DNA of 64,000 nt from a virus (IMGVR_UViG_3300034407_003088:1-64000); one strand, 5' to 3'. Numbered from the stretch's first letter, positions 47,704-56,435 are shown. Notes: generated by a model from the sequence alone, not told the origin. Numbers and translations are program-made.

Positions 47704-47730
47704 TTTGTTCCCACAACTTAAGTGATTTAC

Positions 47731-47769
47731 TATAAATATAAAACAAGGGCAGTTATATACTTATTAATA
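47731..47769. promoter_or_regulatory. Divergent promoter region: TATTTATA on minus (47731-47738) and TATACTTATTAATA on plus (47756-47769)
   Basis: Back-to-back motif copies, each oriented toward its gene (giant fibre on minus, RHH on plus). Confidence 0.55.
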
Positions 47770-47803
47770 CACAAAAAGTGTGTATAAAATATGTAGGATT
47801 ATT

Positions 47804-47989
47804 ATGAATAAGAAAAGATATAACTTTACATTAGATGAAGATTTAGTAAATTGGTTAAAAATGCATTGTAAAGAGAATAGAACTTCCCTTTCGTCATTTA
47901 TAAATCAACAAATACATAAGGTTTATAGAGAAAACTCTGTTAGACCACAAAATGTTTTAAGGTCAACTTCTGGCAAACCTAACAGATGA
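47804..47989 (+). CDS. Ribbon-helix-helix (CopG/Arc-like) DNA-binding protein
   Basis: MNKKRYNFTLDEDLVNWLKMHCKENRTSLSSFINQQI fits the strand-helix-helix pattern; AGGA RBS before ATG 47804. The only credible plus-strand gene. Confidence 0.75.
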   Translation: MNKKRYNFTLDEDLVNWLKMHCKENRTSLSSFINQQIHKVYRENSVRPQNVLRSTSGKPNR

Positions 47990-50900
47990 ACTTCCCTTTA
48001 CCTTCTTGATTTCCAATAAGGTATCTACAAAATCTCTCATTGTTTCAATGTGTGATACAACTAAATTAAACTGAAACTCTGATTTCAGATATTGGAATAG
48101 TTGTGCAACTGAGTTCAGATTATCACTATCCATTGTTCCCCAACCCTCATCAATAGCAAGGAAGTTACTTCGTGGTAAATTACTTACATTCATTAAACCA
48201 ACTCTTATTGCAAGAGAACTAATGAATCGTTCCATACCACTTGATAATTCTAAAGGCCATACTCTATCATCATCATAAACAATATGTGTATCAATTTGTT
48301 TACCATCCATATTAAACACAATACTAAAGTCAACTATCTGTGCCAATATATCATTTACTGCACCTTCTACGGTAGGTAATGATTTACTAATCAAATCATA
48401 AGGTACACCATCTCGTTTGATGGCCTCTAATAAATATTGATATGCCTGATGTGAATCTTCAAGTTCTGCAACTTTATCAATGTTATCATTGATTTGTTTT
48501 TCATTAGTTTTATGAACTTGTATTTCACCATGAAGTTTAGTTAATTTATCACTAACCACATCTAATTGATAATCTAAATCAGTTAAACCATTTTCTAAAT
48601 TGTCAATCTCTTCTAATACTTGAGAATTAAACATTACATTTTGTTCTTGTGATTTAGACCTTTCCATATCACTTGTAATAAGATTAAATTGTGTAGTGAT
48701 ATTTTTTTGTTTTTCTTTTGTGATGTTTATATTAGATATGATGTTATCTTGATATCTTTGTTTTTCACTTAGTTTATCTTGTAATTCATCTAAATCTTTT
48801 TTGAATGCACGAACTTTGAAATGTTTCTGTATTTCATCTTCCATCTCTTGTTTCTTCTGTACATACTCTTGTGCAAGAGTTTTATCTTTTTCAAGATTCT
48901 TTTTGGTTTCAATAGCATCTAATGTGAATGGATTACTCATACAATGTTCACAATTCTCATCGTGTGTCAAATTACCAAGTTTATCAATCTTATCTAATTT
49001 AACTCTTACATCTGCCTTTAGTTTATCTAATTCTATTTGAAATAAATCTCGTTCCTCTTCAAGTTTTTCTAACTTGTAATAATTCTCTTCAACACCATCT
49101 TGTTTATAGATAACAATTTTATTCTCTATTTCTTGAACTGCTCTTTCAAAGTCATATTGTTCTACTTCATACTCTGCAAGTTTTTCCTTGACATTTTCTG
49201 ATAATGTTGTTAACTTAGAGTGTTGAACTTCCAACTCTTCTATACTCTTTAGATTATCATCTACAGGTTTTAATCGTTTGGTTTGTTCCTTGATGTCACT
49301 TTGAACCTTTTTGATTTGAGTCTTTAAATCTTTTTCATCTTTTTTAAACTCTTTTTCTTTACCCTCAAGTAAAATTAAATCATCAGTAATTGTAGCAAGT
49401 TCTTTATCATAATCTGACTTTTTAAAATCAGTTAACAATGCATTAACTTCTCTGATGTCTTCGTTTGCCTGAATCCATAATGAATCAAATATCTTTAATC
49501 CCATAAACTGAGATAATAATTCTTTTCGTTCTTTCTGAGTTTTATTAATAAATACGGTAGAATCGTTTTGACTACTCATGGATGTAAGTATAAAATCATC
49601 AAAACTACCAATAACCCTTTGGATATTTTTTTGTGTAGTTCTTCTTTGGTCACCATTTAAACTTACATTTTCACCTGTTTCATCTACCATCCAAAAATCA
49701 ATATCAACTTTAACATGACCTGTTCTTAGATTTTTCTTACCAAACTTCTCAATAAAATAATCTATACCATCTATCTCAAAGTTTACTTTACAATGTAAAT
49801 TGTTTTTTGACTTGTTAATAATATTATCTGCTTTATATGCACGAGAACTTAAATCAAATAAGTTAAAACATAATGCATCTAACAATGCAGATTTACCACT
49901 TGCATTAGGAGCAAACAATCCAATCATTCCATTTAGTTTAGTGAAGTCAACTATATTATCTTCACCATAACTGAATAGGTTACTAAATTCAAACTTCTTT
50001 AACTTCCAACTAATATTTCTTTGTACATCTGCATCAGGTATAACTTGATTTAATTCTTTCAATATATCTTTAATCTTAATCATAGTATCATCATCAACAA
50101 TATAATTGTTTTTTAAATACTCACTAACTAAATCATATTGATAGTCAGGATTATTTACATCACCAATATTAATCTTTTTATCACGAATCTTTTCGGTACT
50201 TAGTCCATCTACTTTTGTGATAACACTTTCTTGAATCTTAGCCTTCTTCTGTAATTGTGTCATCAACTTTTTTAATTGTGATGGTTTTGTATTACTTACT
50301 CTAATACGAACTCTTGGTTTTGCTGGAAAGTCTGGTAGTTCAGGTAGTTTACCATTATCAATGTTGATTGTGTAATAACCATATTCATTTGGAATCTCAA
50401 TGTATTCTGATTTAAGAGTTTCCATATCCCATAACAAATAACCTTTACCAATATCTTCACCATGATTCTGTTGAACTAATGAACCACAATATGCAATCCT
50501 TTCATCTTTATCAAGGAATTGTCTTTTGTGAATATCACCAAGTAATCCTAAGTCATATCCTTTGAACATACTCATCTTTACTTTAGATGGTAACTTGAAT
50601 CCTAAATCAGTTTCACTTCTATCTACCGTACCATGAAATAATACAACTTTCTTCCTATCACCAGGTACATCCTTTGCCTTGATATAATCTTTTTCTTTAT
50701 CCCATACATCCCATACGATTAAATCAGTATCAGCACAAGTGTAAATACCTGTTTTCTTTAGGTAATGTAAGTTTGGATGATTAAGGTTTTCAACAATAGG
50801 TGTTAAAACATCCATACGACTTAAATTATTTAGATTTGCATCGTGATTACCTGCGATAATAACTAATGGACATATGTCTGCCAAGTTCTTAAATAAACGA

Positions 50901-51124
50901 GATAATTGGTCTACTAACTCTGGTGACATTTCTGTTTTACTATGTGCAATATCACCACCAATATACGATATTGCATTCTTAGGATTCTTCTTTACTTCTT
51001 TGTAAAGTCCTTCAAATACTTGTTCGTATTCTTTATGTCGTTGTAAATTTCTAATCTGTATATCACTTATGTGATGTATGTGTTTTAGTTTCCTAAAGGA
51101 AACTTTTAATTTATCTGTTACCAT
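47963..51124 (-). CDS. Mre11/SbcD nuclease - Rad50/SbcC ATPase fusion (T4 gp47-gp46-like)
   Basis: SDIQ, GGD, AGNHD, FHG, GDIH phosphoesterase motifs; PNASGKS Walker A, SQ Q-loop, CEHC zinc hook, LSSGME signature, IDEGWG Walker B/D-loop, VVSH. Confidence 0.93.
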   Translation of the reverse strand: MVTDKLKVSFRKLKHIHHISDIQIRNLQRHKEYEQVFEGLYKEVKKNPKNAISYIGGDIAHSKTEMSPELVDQLSRLFKNLADICPLVIIAGNHDANLNNLSRMDVLTPIVENLNHPNLHYLKKTGIYTCADTDLIVWDVWDKEKDYIKAKDVPGDRKKVVLFHGTVDRSETDLGFKLPSKVKMSMFKGYDLGLLGDIHKRQFLDKDERIAYCGSLVQQNHGEDIGKGYLLWDMETLKSEYIEIPNEYGYYTINIDNGKLPELPDFPAKPRVRIRVSNTKPSQLKKLMTQLQKKAKIQESVITKVDGLSTEKIRDKKINIGDVNNPDYQYDLVSEYLKNNYIVDDDTMIKIKDILKELNQVIPDADVQRNISWKLKKFEFSNLFSYGEDNIVDFTKLNGMIGLFAPNASGKSALLDALCFNLFDLSSRAYKADNIINKSKNNLHCKVNFEIDGIDYFIEKFGKKNLRTGHVKVDIDFWMVDETGENVSLNGDQRRTTQKNIQRVIGSFDDFILTSMSSQNDSTVFINKTQKERKELLSQFMGLKIFDSLWIQANEDIREVNALLTDFKKSDYDKELATITDDLILLEGKEKEFKKDEKDLKTQIKKVQSDIKEQTKRLKPVDDNLKSIEELEVQHSKLTTLSENVKEKLAEYEVEQYDFERAVQEIENKIVIYKQDGVEENYYKLEKLEEERDLFQIELDKLKADVRVKLDKIDKLGNLTHDENCEHCMSNPFTLDAIETKKNLEKDKTLAQEYVQKKQEMEDEIQKHFKVRAFKKDLDELQDKLSEKQRYQDNIISNINITKEKQKNITTQFNLITSDMERSKSQEQNVMFNSQVLEEIDNLENGLTDLDYQLDVVSDKLTKLHGEIQVHKTNEKQINDNIDKVAELEDSHQAYQYLLEAIKRDGVPYDLISKSLPTVEGAVNDILAQIVDFSIVFNMDGKQIDTHIVYDDDRVWPLELSSGMERFISSLAIRVGLMNVSNLPRSNFLAIDEGWGTMDSDNLNSVAQLFQYLKSEFQFNLVVSHIETMRDFVDTLLEIKKVKGSSSVRFARS

Positions 51125-52034
51125 ATATTTTCATTCTCATTAGTTCTTTAAAATTAACCTCGGTTGATTCATTTAAGTGATGTATCATCTTTTTATACCC
51201 TAAATCACTTGGGTCTTTTCCTTCAAGTTTAACAAAGTCTACTTGTATTCCCATGTTAAGAAACTTGTCAATCATCTTCAAAGAGTCCTTAAATGCATCA
51301 TCATCCAAAACGATGACGATATTTTTCACTCTCTTTTCAACGATTTTTTTCTCAAGTTTAGGAAGTATTGTTTTTCCAAAAAGTGGAATCGTATTATTCT
51401 TGATGGCCATTGCATCAAACACGCCTTCACAAAGGATAATCGGTTCACTCCAATCTACATATAGGTCAAAACCGATGATGTCCTTTTGTATAGGTGGATT
51501 TTTGTATTTCATGGTAGACTTATAAAAGTCTCTACCTACAAAGTAATTCAATATACCATCTGAATCATAACTTGGTATAATGATTCTATTCTGATATTGT
51601 CCATGTAAACAATAATGTAGATTATATCGTATGATGTCACTCATATCTAATCCTCTTTCCATGACGAACTTCAATGCATGTAACTTCTGAAGTGAATCAC
51701 CACCATTCCATAATGGTTTGGCTTCCTTTGGAAGATTTAATATTGTTTGTTTGGTTTCTTTTTTATCTGATGAATAGAATGTACCACCGATACTATCACT
51801 TAATTCTTTAAATAATTCTCTTGGTGCACCCACCTGTTTTAACAATTGGAATAAGTTGTGTCCACCTTGATTACTTACCCAACAATGCCACTTACCTGTT
51901 TGTATATTTACTTGTAATTTAGGTTTGTGATGTGATACAAAAGGACTCCAATACATATACTCATTGGTTTTCTTAAGAGATTGTCCTTTTGTTTTTAGTG
52001 CTTTATCTAATATGTTTATAACTAATTGACTCAA
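51111..52034 (-). CDS. DNA primase (Toprim; gp61/DnaG-like)
   Basis: Partial zinc-binding region (SPF..HHK...WHCWV), RIIIP, YFVGR, IILCEGVFDA, VLDDDA, KDP; TTG start. Confidence 0.88.
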   Translation of the reverse strand: MSQLVINILDKALKTKGQSLKKTNEYMYWSPFVSHHKPKLQVNIQTGKWHCWVSNQGGHNLFQLLKQVGAPRELFKELSDSIGGTFYSSDKKETKQTILNLPKEAKPLWNGGDSLQKLHALKFVMERGLDMSDIIRYNLHYCLHGQYQNRIIIPSYDSDGILNYFVGRDFYKSTMKYKNPPIQKDIIGFDLYVDWSEPIILCEGVFDAMAIKNNTIPLFGKTILPKLEKKIVEKRVKNIVIVLDDDAFKDSLKMIDKFLNMGIQVDFVKLEGKDPSDLGYKKMIHHLNESTEVNFKELMRMKIYGNR

Positions 52035-52193
52035 TTAAAACTCATTTTTGTTTAATTTCTTTTTACCTATTCTATACTTCCACAAATCTTTTGTATCTGG
52101 TACTGGCATATCACTAAACTCTTCCATTCGTTTTTTCAATATATCAATAGACTTAACTGCTCTTATAAATTCGTCTGAATGTCTATCTTTCAT
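52035..52193 (-). CDS. 52-aa hypothetical protein (MKDRHSDEFIRAV...)
   Basis: Manual translation; fills the gap with an ATGA overlap and abuts the primase start. Confidence 0.6.
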   Translation of the reverse strand: MKDRHSDEFIRAVKSIDILKKRMEEFSDMPVPDTKDLWKYRIGKKKLNKNEF

Positions 52194-53506
52194 GGTTTTG
52201 GTAAGTGGTGTGTTGTTGTTATAATAGTATTCTCCAAATAATAATTGTCATAACCTTCAATTTGTAATCCATAAAAAGACATAGGTTCCTCATGTAATTC
52301 TACATGTGTTATTGGATTATCTAAAAACCTATCTCCAACTTTTACATCTGTAGTTTTTACAAATTGGAATTCATTGTCTCTATTAATATATATAAACTCA
52401 ATTGGTGAAAACATAAAATTATTTATCTCAACCCAAGTTTTAAAAGTATACTGATGGATATTACTTACTTTTCCATAATCACATATGTCATTGTGTTGTT
52501 TTTCTTTATAATCTACCCATGGTCTGTTTATATCAACTATTGTATCATCATTTACTTTATTTAATATAAAAGGTTTTGCAGGTGTTGGATAGTGATGTCC
52601 CACTAATTCTTTTATTGTACTTACTTTTACCTTATCACCTATTTCTACTTCTCGTATTGGTTTATCAATTACAAAAGTTGAAGATTCAAGTACCTCTACT
52701 TTTGTCTCACCACCTACTTGAGCCCATATCCCACTTCTTACAAATGTACTATTTTCAAATTTCATTTCAAACATATTGTCTAACTTAGGATTTTTATTTA
52801 CATGAGTTGGATTACCAACTAAATTAATAATTTCTGAATAACTTATATTTGAACTTTGTGGTCTAATAGGTATCATTCCTAACTTATCCATTAAAAATAA
52901 ACACTTCAATACTATTGGATTCCCATACTCGTCTGTATATGGTTTGATATATTCTTCACAATAATCACTATCATCATATTGACAATTAGGCATATAATCA
53001 TAATAAGGTGTAGTTTTTAGAAAGTCTCTGAATAGATTCTTATATCTTGATAAAGTAATTAAACCTTCACCATGTTTTGTTGTGGGTAAATTTTTTATAT
53101 AATATGTGTCATCGTCTTTTGAAAAATTTTCTCTTGATTTTGCATAAATTACTTGACATTGTGGTAATTCCTTTGTAAGTTTAGATATAAATTGTGGTTC
53201 TGGATTGAATCCTTTATCCTCTTCTCTTATAACTAATTTTACTTTTTCATAACCCTTAACCCACAAATGTTTTTTTATTCGTTCAAAGTCTATTCCCGCA
53301 GAACCATATAACATTAAATCAGTAAGTGCAAGGTCTGTATTTATTTCTAACAAATATAACTTTTTATCTTCAGACAAAATCCAATCAAAAGTTAATAACT
53401 CACCCTCATTTACATCATTACTTACATAATCACTAAGATAAAGTGGTGTACCAATCTGTAGTGATTTGATAATTGCCTCATTTATGATATGGAAACTTCT
53501 GACCAC
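52190..53506 (-). CDS. ATP-grasp-like N-terminal domain fused to a degenerate Hint-like domain
   Basis: TFDWILSEDKKLYLLEINTD (ATP-grasp D...ExN motif). C-terminal KPIREVEIGDKV, TDVKVGD, FYGLQIEGYDNYYL follow the Hint pattern but lack C1, TxxH and HN. Confidence 0.55.
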   Translation of the reverse strand: MVRSFHIINEAIIKSLQIGTPLYLSDYVSNDVNEGELLTFDWILSEDKKLYLLEINTDLALTDLMLYGSAGIDFERIKKHLWVKGYEKVKLVIREEDKGFNPEPQFISKLTKELPQCQVIYAKSRENFSKDDDTYYIKNLPTTKHGEGLITLSRYKNLFRDFLKTTPYYDYMPNCQYDDSDYCEEYIKPYTDEYGNPIVLKCLFLMDKLGMIPIRPQSSNISYSEIINLVGNPTHVNKNPKLDNMFEMKFENSTFVRSGIWAQVGGETKVEVLESSTFVIDKPIREVEIGDKVKVSTIKELVGHHYPTPAKPFILNKVNDDTIVDINRPWVDYKEKQHNDICDYGKVSNIHQYTFKTWVEINNFMFSPIEFIYINRDNEFQFVKTTDVKVGDRFLDNPITHVELHEEPMSFYGLQIEGYDNYYLENTIITTTHHLPKP

Positions 53507-54056
53507 TTGGTATCTCTCTTTTTAAAAATTTACATAATACTTCCCAACCATCACCTTTTGATAAATCCATATGTAAGATGTTTTTGGGATTCACTCTCTT
53601 ATTTAACCAAAGTAAATTACTTTGATGTTTAAAATCTGTTTTACCTTTTATCCAATCTTTTTGATATTGTGGATAATTTTCAAATACTTCTTTACCACCA
53701 ACTCCTAACCAATTCCAAGAATCAACGATACCATCATCTAATCTTTTTATCTTATCTCTCAATACCGATTCTACATAGTCATCAAGTGGTCGTGTTAAGG
53801 ATATGTATCTTGCCCATGGATAATCATCTACTAAATGTGGAAATACTATTGGGTCATAAATAGGATAATCAAGAAATGCTTCATACTCATCGTAATCAGT
53901 TAATAGTTTCTTTTTGGTTTTCATATATTGATATACTGATTCAAGAAGTTCTCCACCACCACCTGTATGATATACTTTGAACCCAAGAATACTTAATGCA
54001 TCTGATAAACTTTTTGTACCTGTCTTATTGTAACCTAAAACAAATATTTTAGTCAT
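53478..54056 (-). CDS. Sulfotransferase-like P-loop protein (Sulfotransfer_4-like)
   Basis: VLGYNKTGTKSL..AL..LGFKVYH, ISLTR, GDGWEVLCKFL....P...FP. Confidence 0.85.
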   Translation of the reverse strand: MTKIFVLGYNKTGTKSLSDALSILGFKVYHTGGGGELLESVYQYMKTKKKLLTDYDEYEAFLDYPIYDPIVFPHLVDDYPWARYISLTRPLDDYVESVLRDKIKRLDDGIVDSWNWLGVGGKEVFENYPQYQKDWIKGKTDFKHQSNLLWLNKRVNPKNILHMDLSKGDGWEVLCKFLKREIPSGQKFPYHK

Positions 54057-54384
54057 CTAATAAGTCCAATAAGTCATTTATCTCTAATGCAATATATGTT
54101 TTACTTCTGTTTCTCTTAAATACTAATAGTGGTTTATGACCACCTGCATTTGTTTCTGCTTGTTCAAGAGAACTCCATATGTTTAATTTTTCTTGGTTTT
54201 TACACTCTACTGAGAATGGGAATAATTTACGAGCTGCTGGTGATAATAATATATCTTCACCACTATCTCCCATAGTAGTTGAACGAACATCGTCTGGTTC
54301 TAATTGTGTGAATTTCTCCAAGATTAAATCTCGGACATTGTTTTGTAACCGTTTTCCTTTGTTCTTTGCTGAACGAGTTTTCAT
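54049..54384 (-). CDS. PD-(D/E)xK nuclease, Holliday-junction-resolvase-like
   Basis: SAKNKGKRLQ, MGDSGEDI, SVECKNQEKLNIW, PLLVFKRNRS. Confidence 0.8.
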   Translation of the reverse strand: MKTRSAKNKGKRLQNNVRDLILEKFTQLEPDDVRSTTMGDSGEDILLSPAARKLFPFSVECKNQEKLNIWSSLEQAETNAGGHKPLLVFKRNRSKTYIALEINDLLDLLDD

Positions 54385-54409
54385 ATAAAACCTAATTTAG
54401 TTATGCAAT

Positions 54410-54438
54410 TGCTTTATTGCTTTTGCTTTTAATGCTTT
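54410..54438. repeat. Four TGCTTT direct repeats in the AT-rich intergenic region
   Basis: Copies at 54410, 54418, 54424 and 54433. Confidence 0.7.
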
Positions 54439-54441
54439 AGT

Positions 54442-54455
54442 TATTAATAAGTATA
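54442..54455 (-). promoter_or_regulatory. TATACTTATTAATA motif (identical to 47756-47769 on plus)
   Basis: Exact 14-mer match in two intergenic regions, each oriented toward the downstream gene. Confidence 0.55.
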
Positions 54456-54594
54456 TTATAAATCTCTCAGAATGTAATTTTTATTTAGAATTAGGCGTAT
54501 TTATTTCAGAGAAAAATAAGGTTGGATTTTTCTTAAAACCTTTAATGTTAACATAACTATAGTTAATAATATATATAAGACAAGAGAAGAAAAA

Positions 54595-54987
54595 TTAGAA
54601 TTTATTTTTCCATTTTCTGGAATATTCTTGTTTTGCCCAATTCTCAGCTTTTCTTTCCCATTTATTGGCCCAATATCTATCTTTACCATCTAAGTCTGCC
54701 ATATTGGAAGCTTGTTGGTATTTCTTTATAAACTTTTTTCTACCATATTTTGATATTTGTTTTGCATGATGTATCTCATGTAATACGGTAATAATAAACT
54801 CAGAAACCTTTGGATAAAATTTATTCAACATTATTGTATCTTTTGTCCAATCATACCCACCTTCATCTTTACCATATGTTCCAAATTTAACTTTAGATTT
54901 CAATCCATAGTATTTTACTAATTCAGATGCAACAAATAGTAAATCAACTCTTTCTTGTAATAAAAATATTTTCTTTAATGATGTCAC
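54595..54987 (-). CDS. HExxH zinc metallopeptidase-like protein
   Basis: TVLHEIHHAKQ ... WERKAENWA. Confidence 0.75.
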   Translation of the reverse strand: MTSLKKIFLLQERVDLLFVASELVKYYGLKSKVKFGTYGKDEGGYDWTKDTIMLNKFYPKVSEFIITVLHEIHHAKQISKYGRKKFIKKYQQASNMADLDGKDRYWANKWERKAENWAKQEYSRKWKNKF

Positions 54988-55607
54988 TTCTTCATACCTC
55001 TGAATAAAGCTTTTGCAACTTGTTTACCATAATCTCTATCACTTGGATAGTGTGCCTTTGCAATAATTCTTGATTCAGCGATATCAGAACCTTTTCCCAA
55101 ATATTCTTCAGAGTTAGATGGGTCTTTATATGATAGATACTCACCAATTAAATAACCTTGGATTGCATGTCCACTTGGATAACTTGGTGTTTTCATACTA
55201 TCTAATGTAGTACCATTTAAATCAATATCATAGAACTCTGCAATTTGATATGGTCGTGGTCTATTGTAATGATATTTTAACTCCATAATAAACTTGACAC
55301 TTTCTTTTACAATTTTTTTAATATCTTTTCTACTGATATCTAAACTATTTTTTTCTATTAACTCCATAAATGAATCTACAACATCATCATGTGATTTTGC
55401 AAACTCTTCATTGGGTTTAACATTTGATAAATATTTTATTTCTTTTAATGTTAGTGATGCATCATTTTCAGGTGGTTGTCGTCTTGGTAATACCAAATTT
55501 TCATCCCACAATTCTAATTTACGAGACATTCTTTTTTCGTCTTTAGGTCTAACACTTTCTGCATACACCATATTACGAAGTTCTAATAATTCTTTTAATT
55601 TAATCAT
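54984..55607 (-). CDS. PAP2/haloperoxidase-family phosphatase with MIKLKELLE leader
   Basis: KYHYNRPRP, TPSYPSGH, SRIIAKAHYPSD (all three PAP2 motifs). Confidence 0.92.
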   Translation of the reverse strand: MIKLKELLELRNMVYAESVRPKDEKRMSRKLELWDENLVLPRRQPPENDASLTLKEIKYLSNVKPNEEFAKSHDDVVDSFMELIEKNSLDISRKDIKKIVKESVKFIMELKYHYNRPRPYQIAEFYDIDLNGTTLDSMKTPSYPSGHAIQGYLIGEYLSYKDPSNSEEYLGKGSDIAESRIIAKAHYPSDRDYGKQVAKALFRGMKK

Positions 55608-56260
55608 TTCTTAACATTACCTATAACTACTGGTTTAGAACTTTTATTTTTTGTATGACTATTAATGTAATAATGTGCATCACTCAAATTAAAATCAAAA
55701 CCTTTTTTATTAAGTGCAAATCCTTTAATATCAAAAATCTTTGTAAGATATTCATCATTCATAAATGAACCTATCTTTTGATTACCAATATCTGATTGTT
55801 TTGCCTTTGGAAATACCTTTGATACTTTTTGACTATTGAATTTCTCAAGGTTCTTAACAATACTACTTATCTTTTTATATTTAGGCATAAATAATTTTGT
55901 AAAACTTTTACCACCTGGTAATGCATTTATTACTCTGTTTGGTTCTTTAAAGTTTTTCTTAGGATTTTTTAATGCCTGTTCTAATTTCTTTACAGAAGTT
56001 AAGATTGGTTCTTTTATTGGTCTTTTTTTCCAATCACCTAAATTATAAAATGGTTTTAATAATTCTCTATCATCAAAATCAGTAGCAACTATATCTACTT
56101 TCCTACATAATTCATATAGTTCTTTCATTGCCTGACCTAATGGTTTAAGGTAAAACTTACCATAATTAATGTGTCCAAATGCAATAACCCCACCCTTTTC
56201 TCTTGGTGGCGACATTGTTGATATTGGATTCTCTACTAATAAATCTTTTAATTTAATCAT
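55604..56260 (-). CDS. Hypothetical protein with MIKLKDLLVE leader
   Basis: Start ATG 56260 via a TAATG overlap with the upstream small ORF. Confidence 0.75.
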   Translation of the reverse strand: MIKLKDLLVENPISTMSPPREKGGVIAFGHINYGKFYLKPLGQAMKELYELCRKVDIVATDFDDRELLKPFYNLGDWKKRPIKEPILTSVKKLEQALKNPKKNFKEPNRVINALPGGKSFTKLFMPKYKKISSIVKNLEKFNSQKVSKVFPKAKQSDIGNQKIGSFMNDEYLTKIFDIKGFALNKKGFDFNLSDAHYYINSHTKNKSSKPVVIGNVKK

Positions 56261-56406
56261 TATCTTCCCCAACGATTTTGTTGTTGTGCATCAGGATTCT
56301 TTGCTTTCCACTTTTTATGTTGGTTTGCAGTTCTTCCCTCTCGTGCCCACTTTTTATTTAATGCATGTCTTTTTTGTTTTCTACTTTTTGCTTCTCTATT
56401 TGGCAT
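56260..56406 (-). CDS. 48-aa basic microprotein (MPNREAKSRKQKRHALNKKWAREGRTANQHKK...)
   Basis: Manual translation; AAGGA upstream, TATTTATA motif at 56428-56435, TAATG coupling to the next gene. Confidence 0.7.
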   Translation of the reverse strand: MPNREAKSRKQKRHALNKKWAREGRTANQHKKWKAKNPDAQQQNRWGR

Positions 56407-56427
56407 ATCATGTATTCCTTATCCATA

Positions 56428-56435
56428 TATAAATA
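56428..56435 (-). promoter_or_regulatory. TATTTATA intergenic motif
   Basis: In the gap upstream of the 48-aa ORF and the leader-bearing enzyme cluster. Confidence 0.55.

Noticed and set aside
54395-54470. Short K/A-rich reading frame over the AAAGCA repeats
   Set aside because: There is no in-frame start codon after the upstream TAA, so it was treated as a non-coding repeat.
54501-54689. 62-aa minus-strand ORF in the track
   Set aside because: It overlaps the metallopeptidase 3' end out of frame, has no RBS or motif, and the region looks regulatory.
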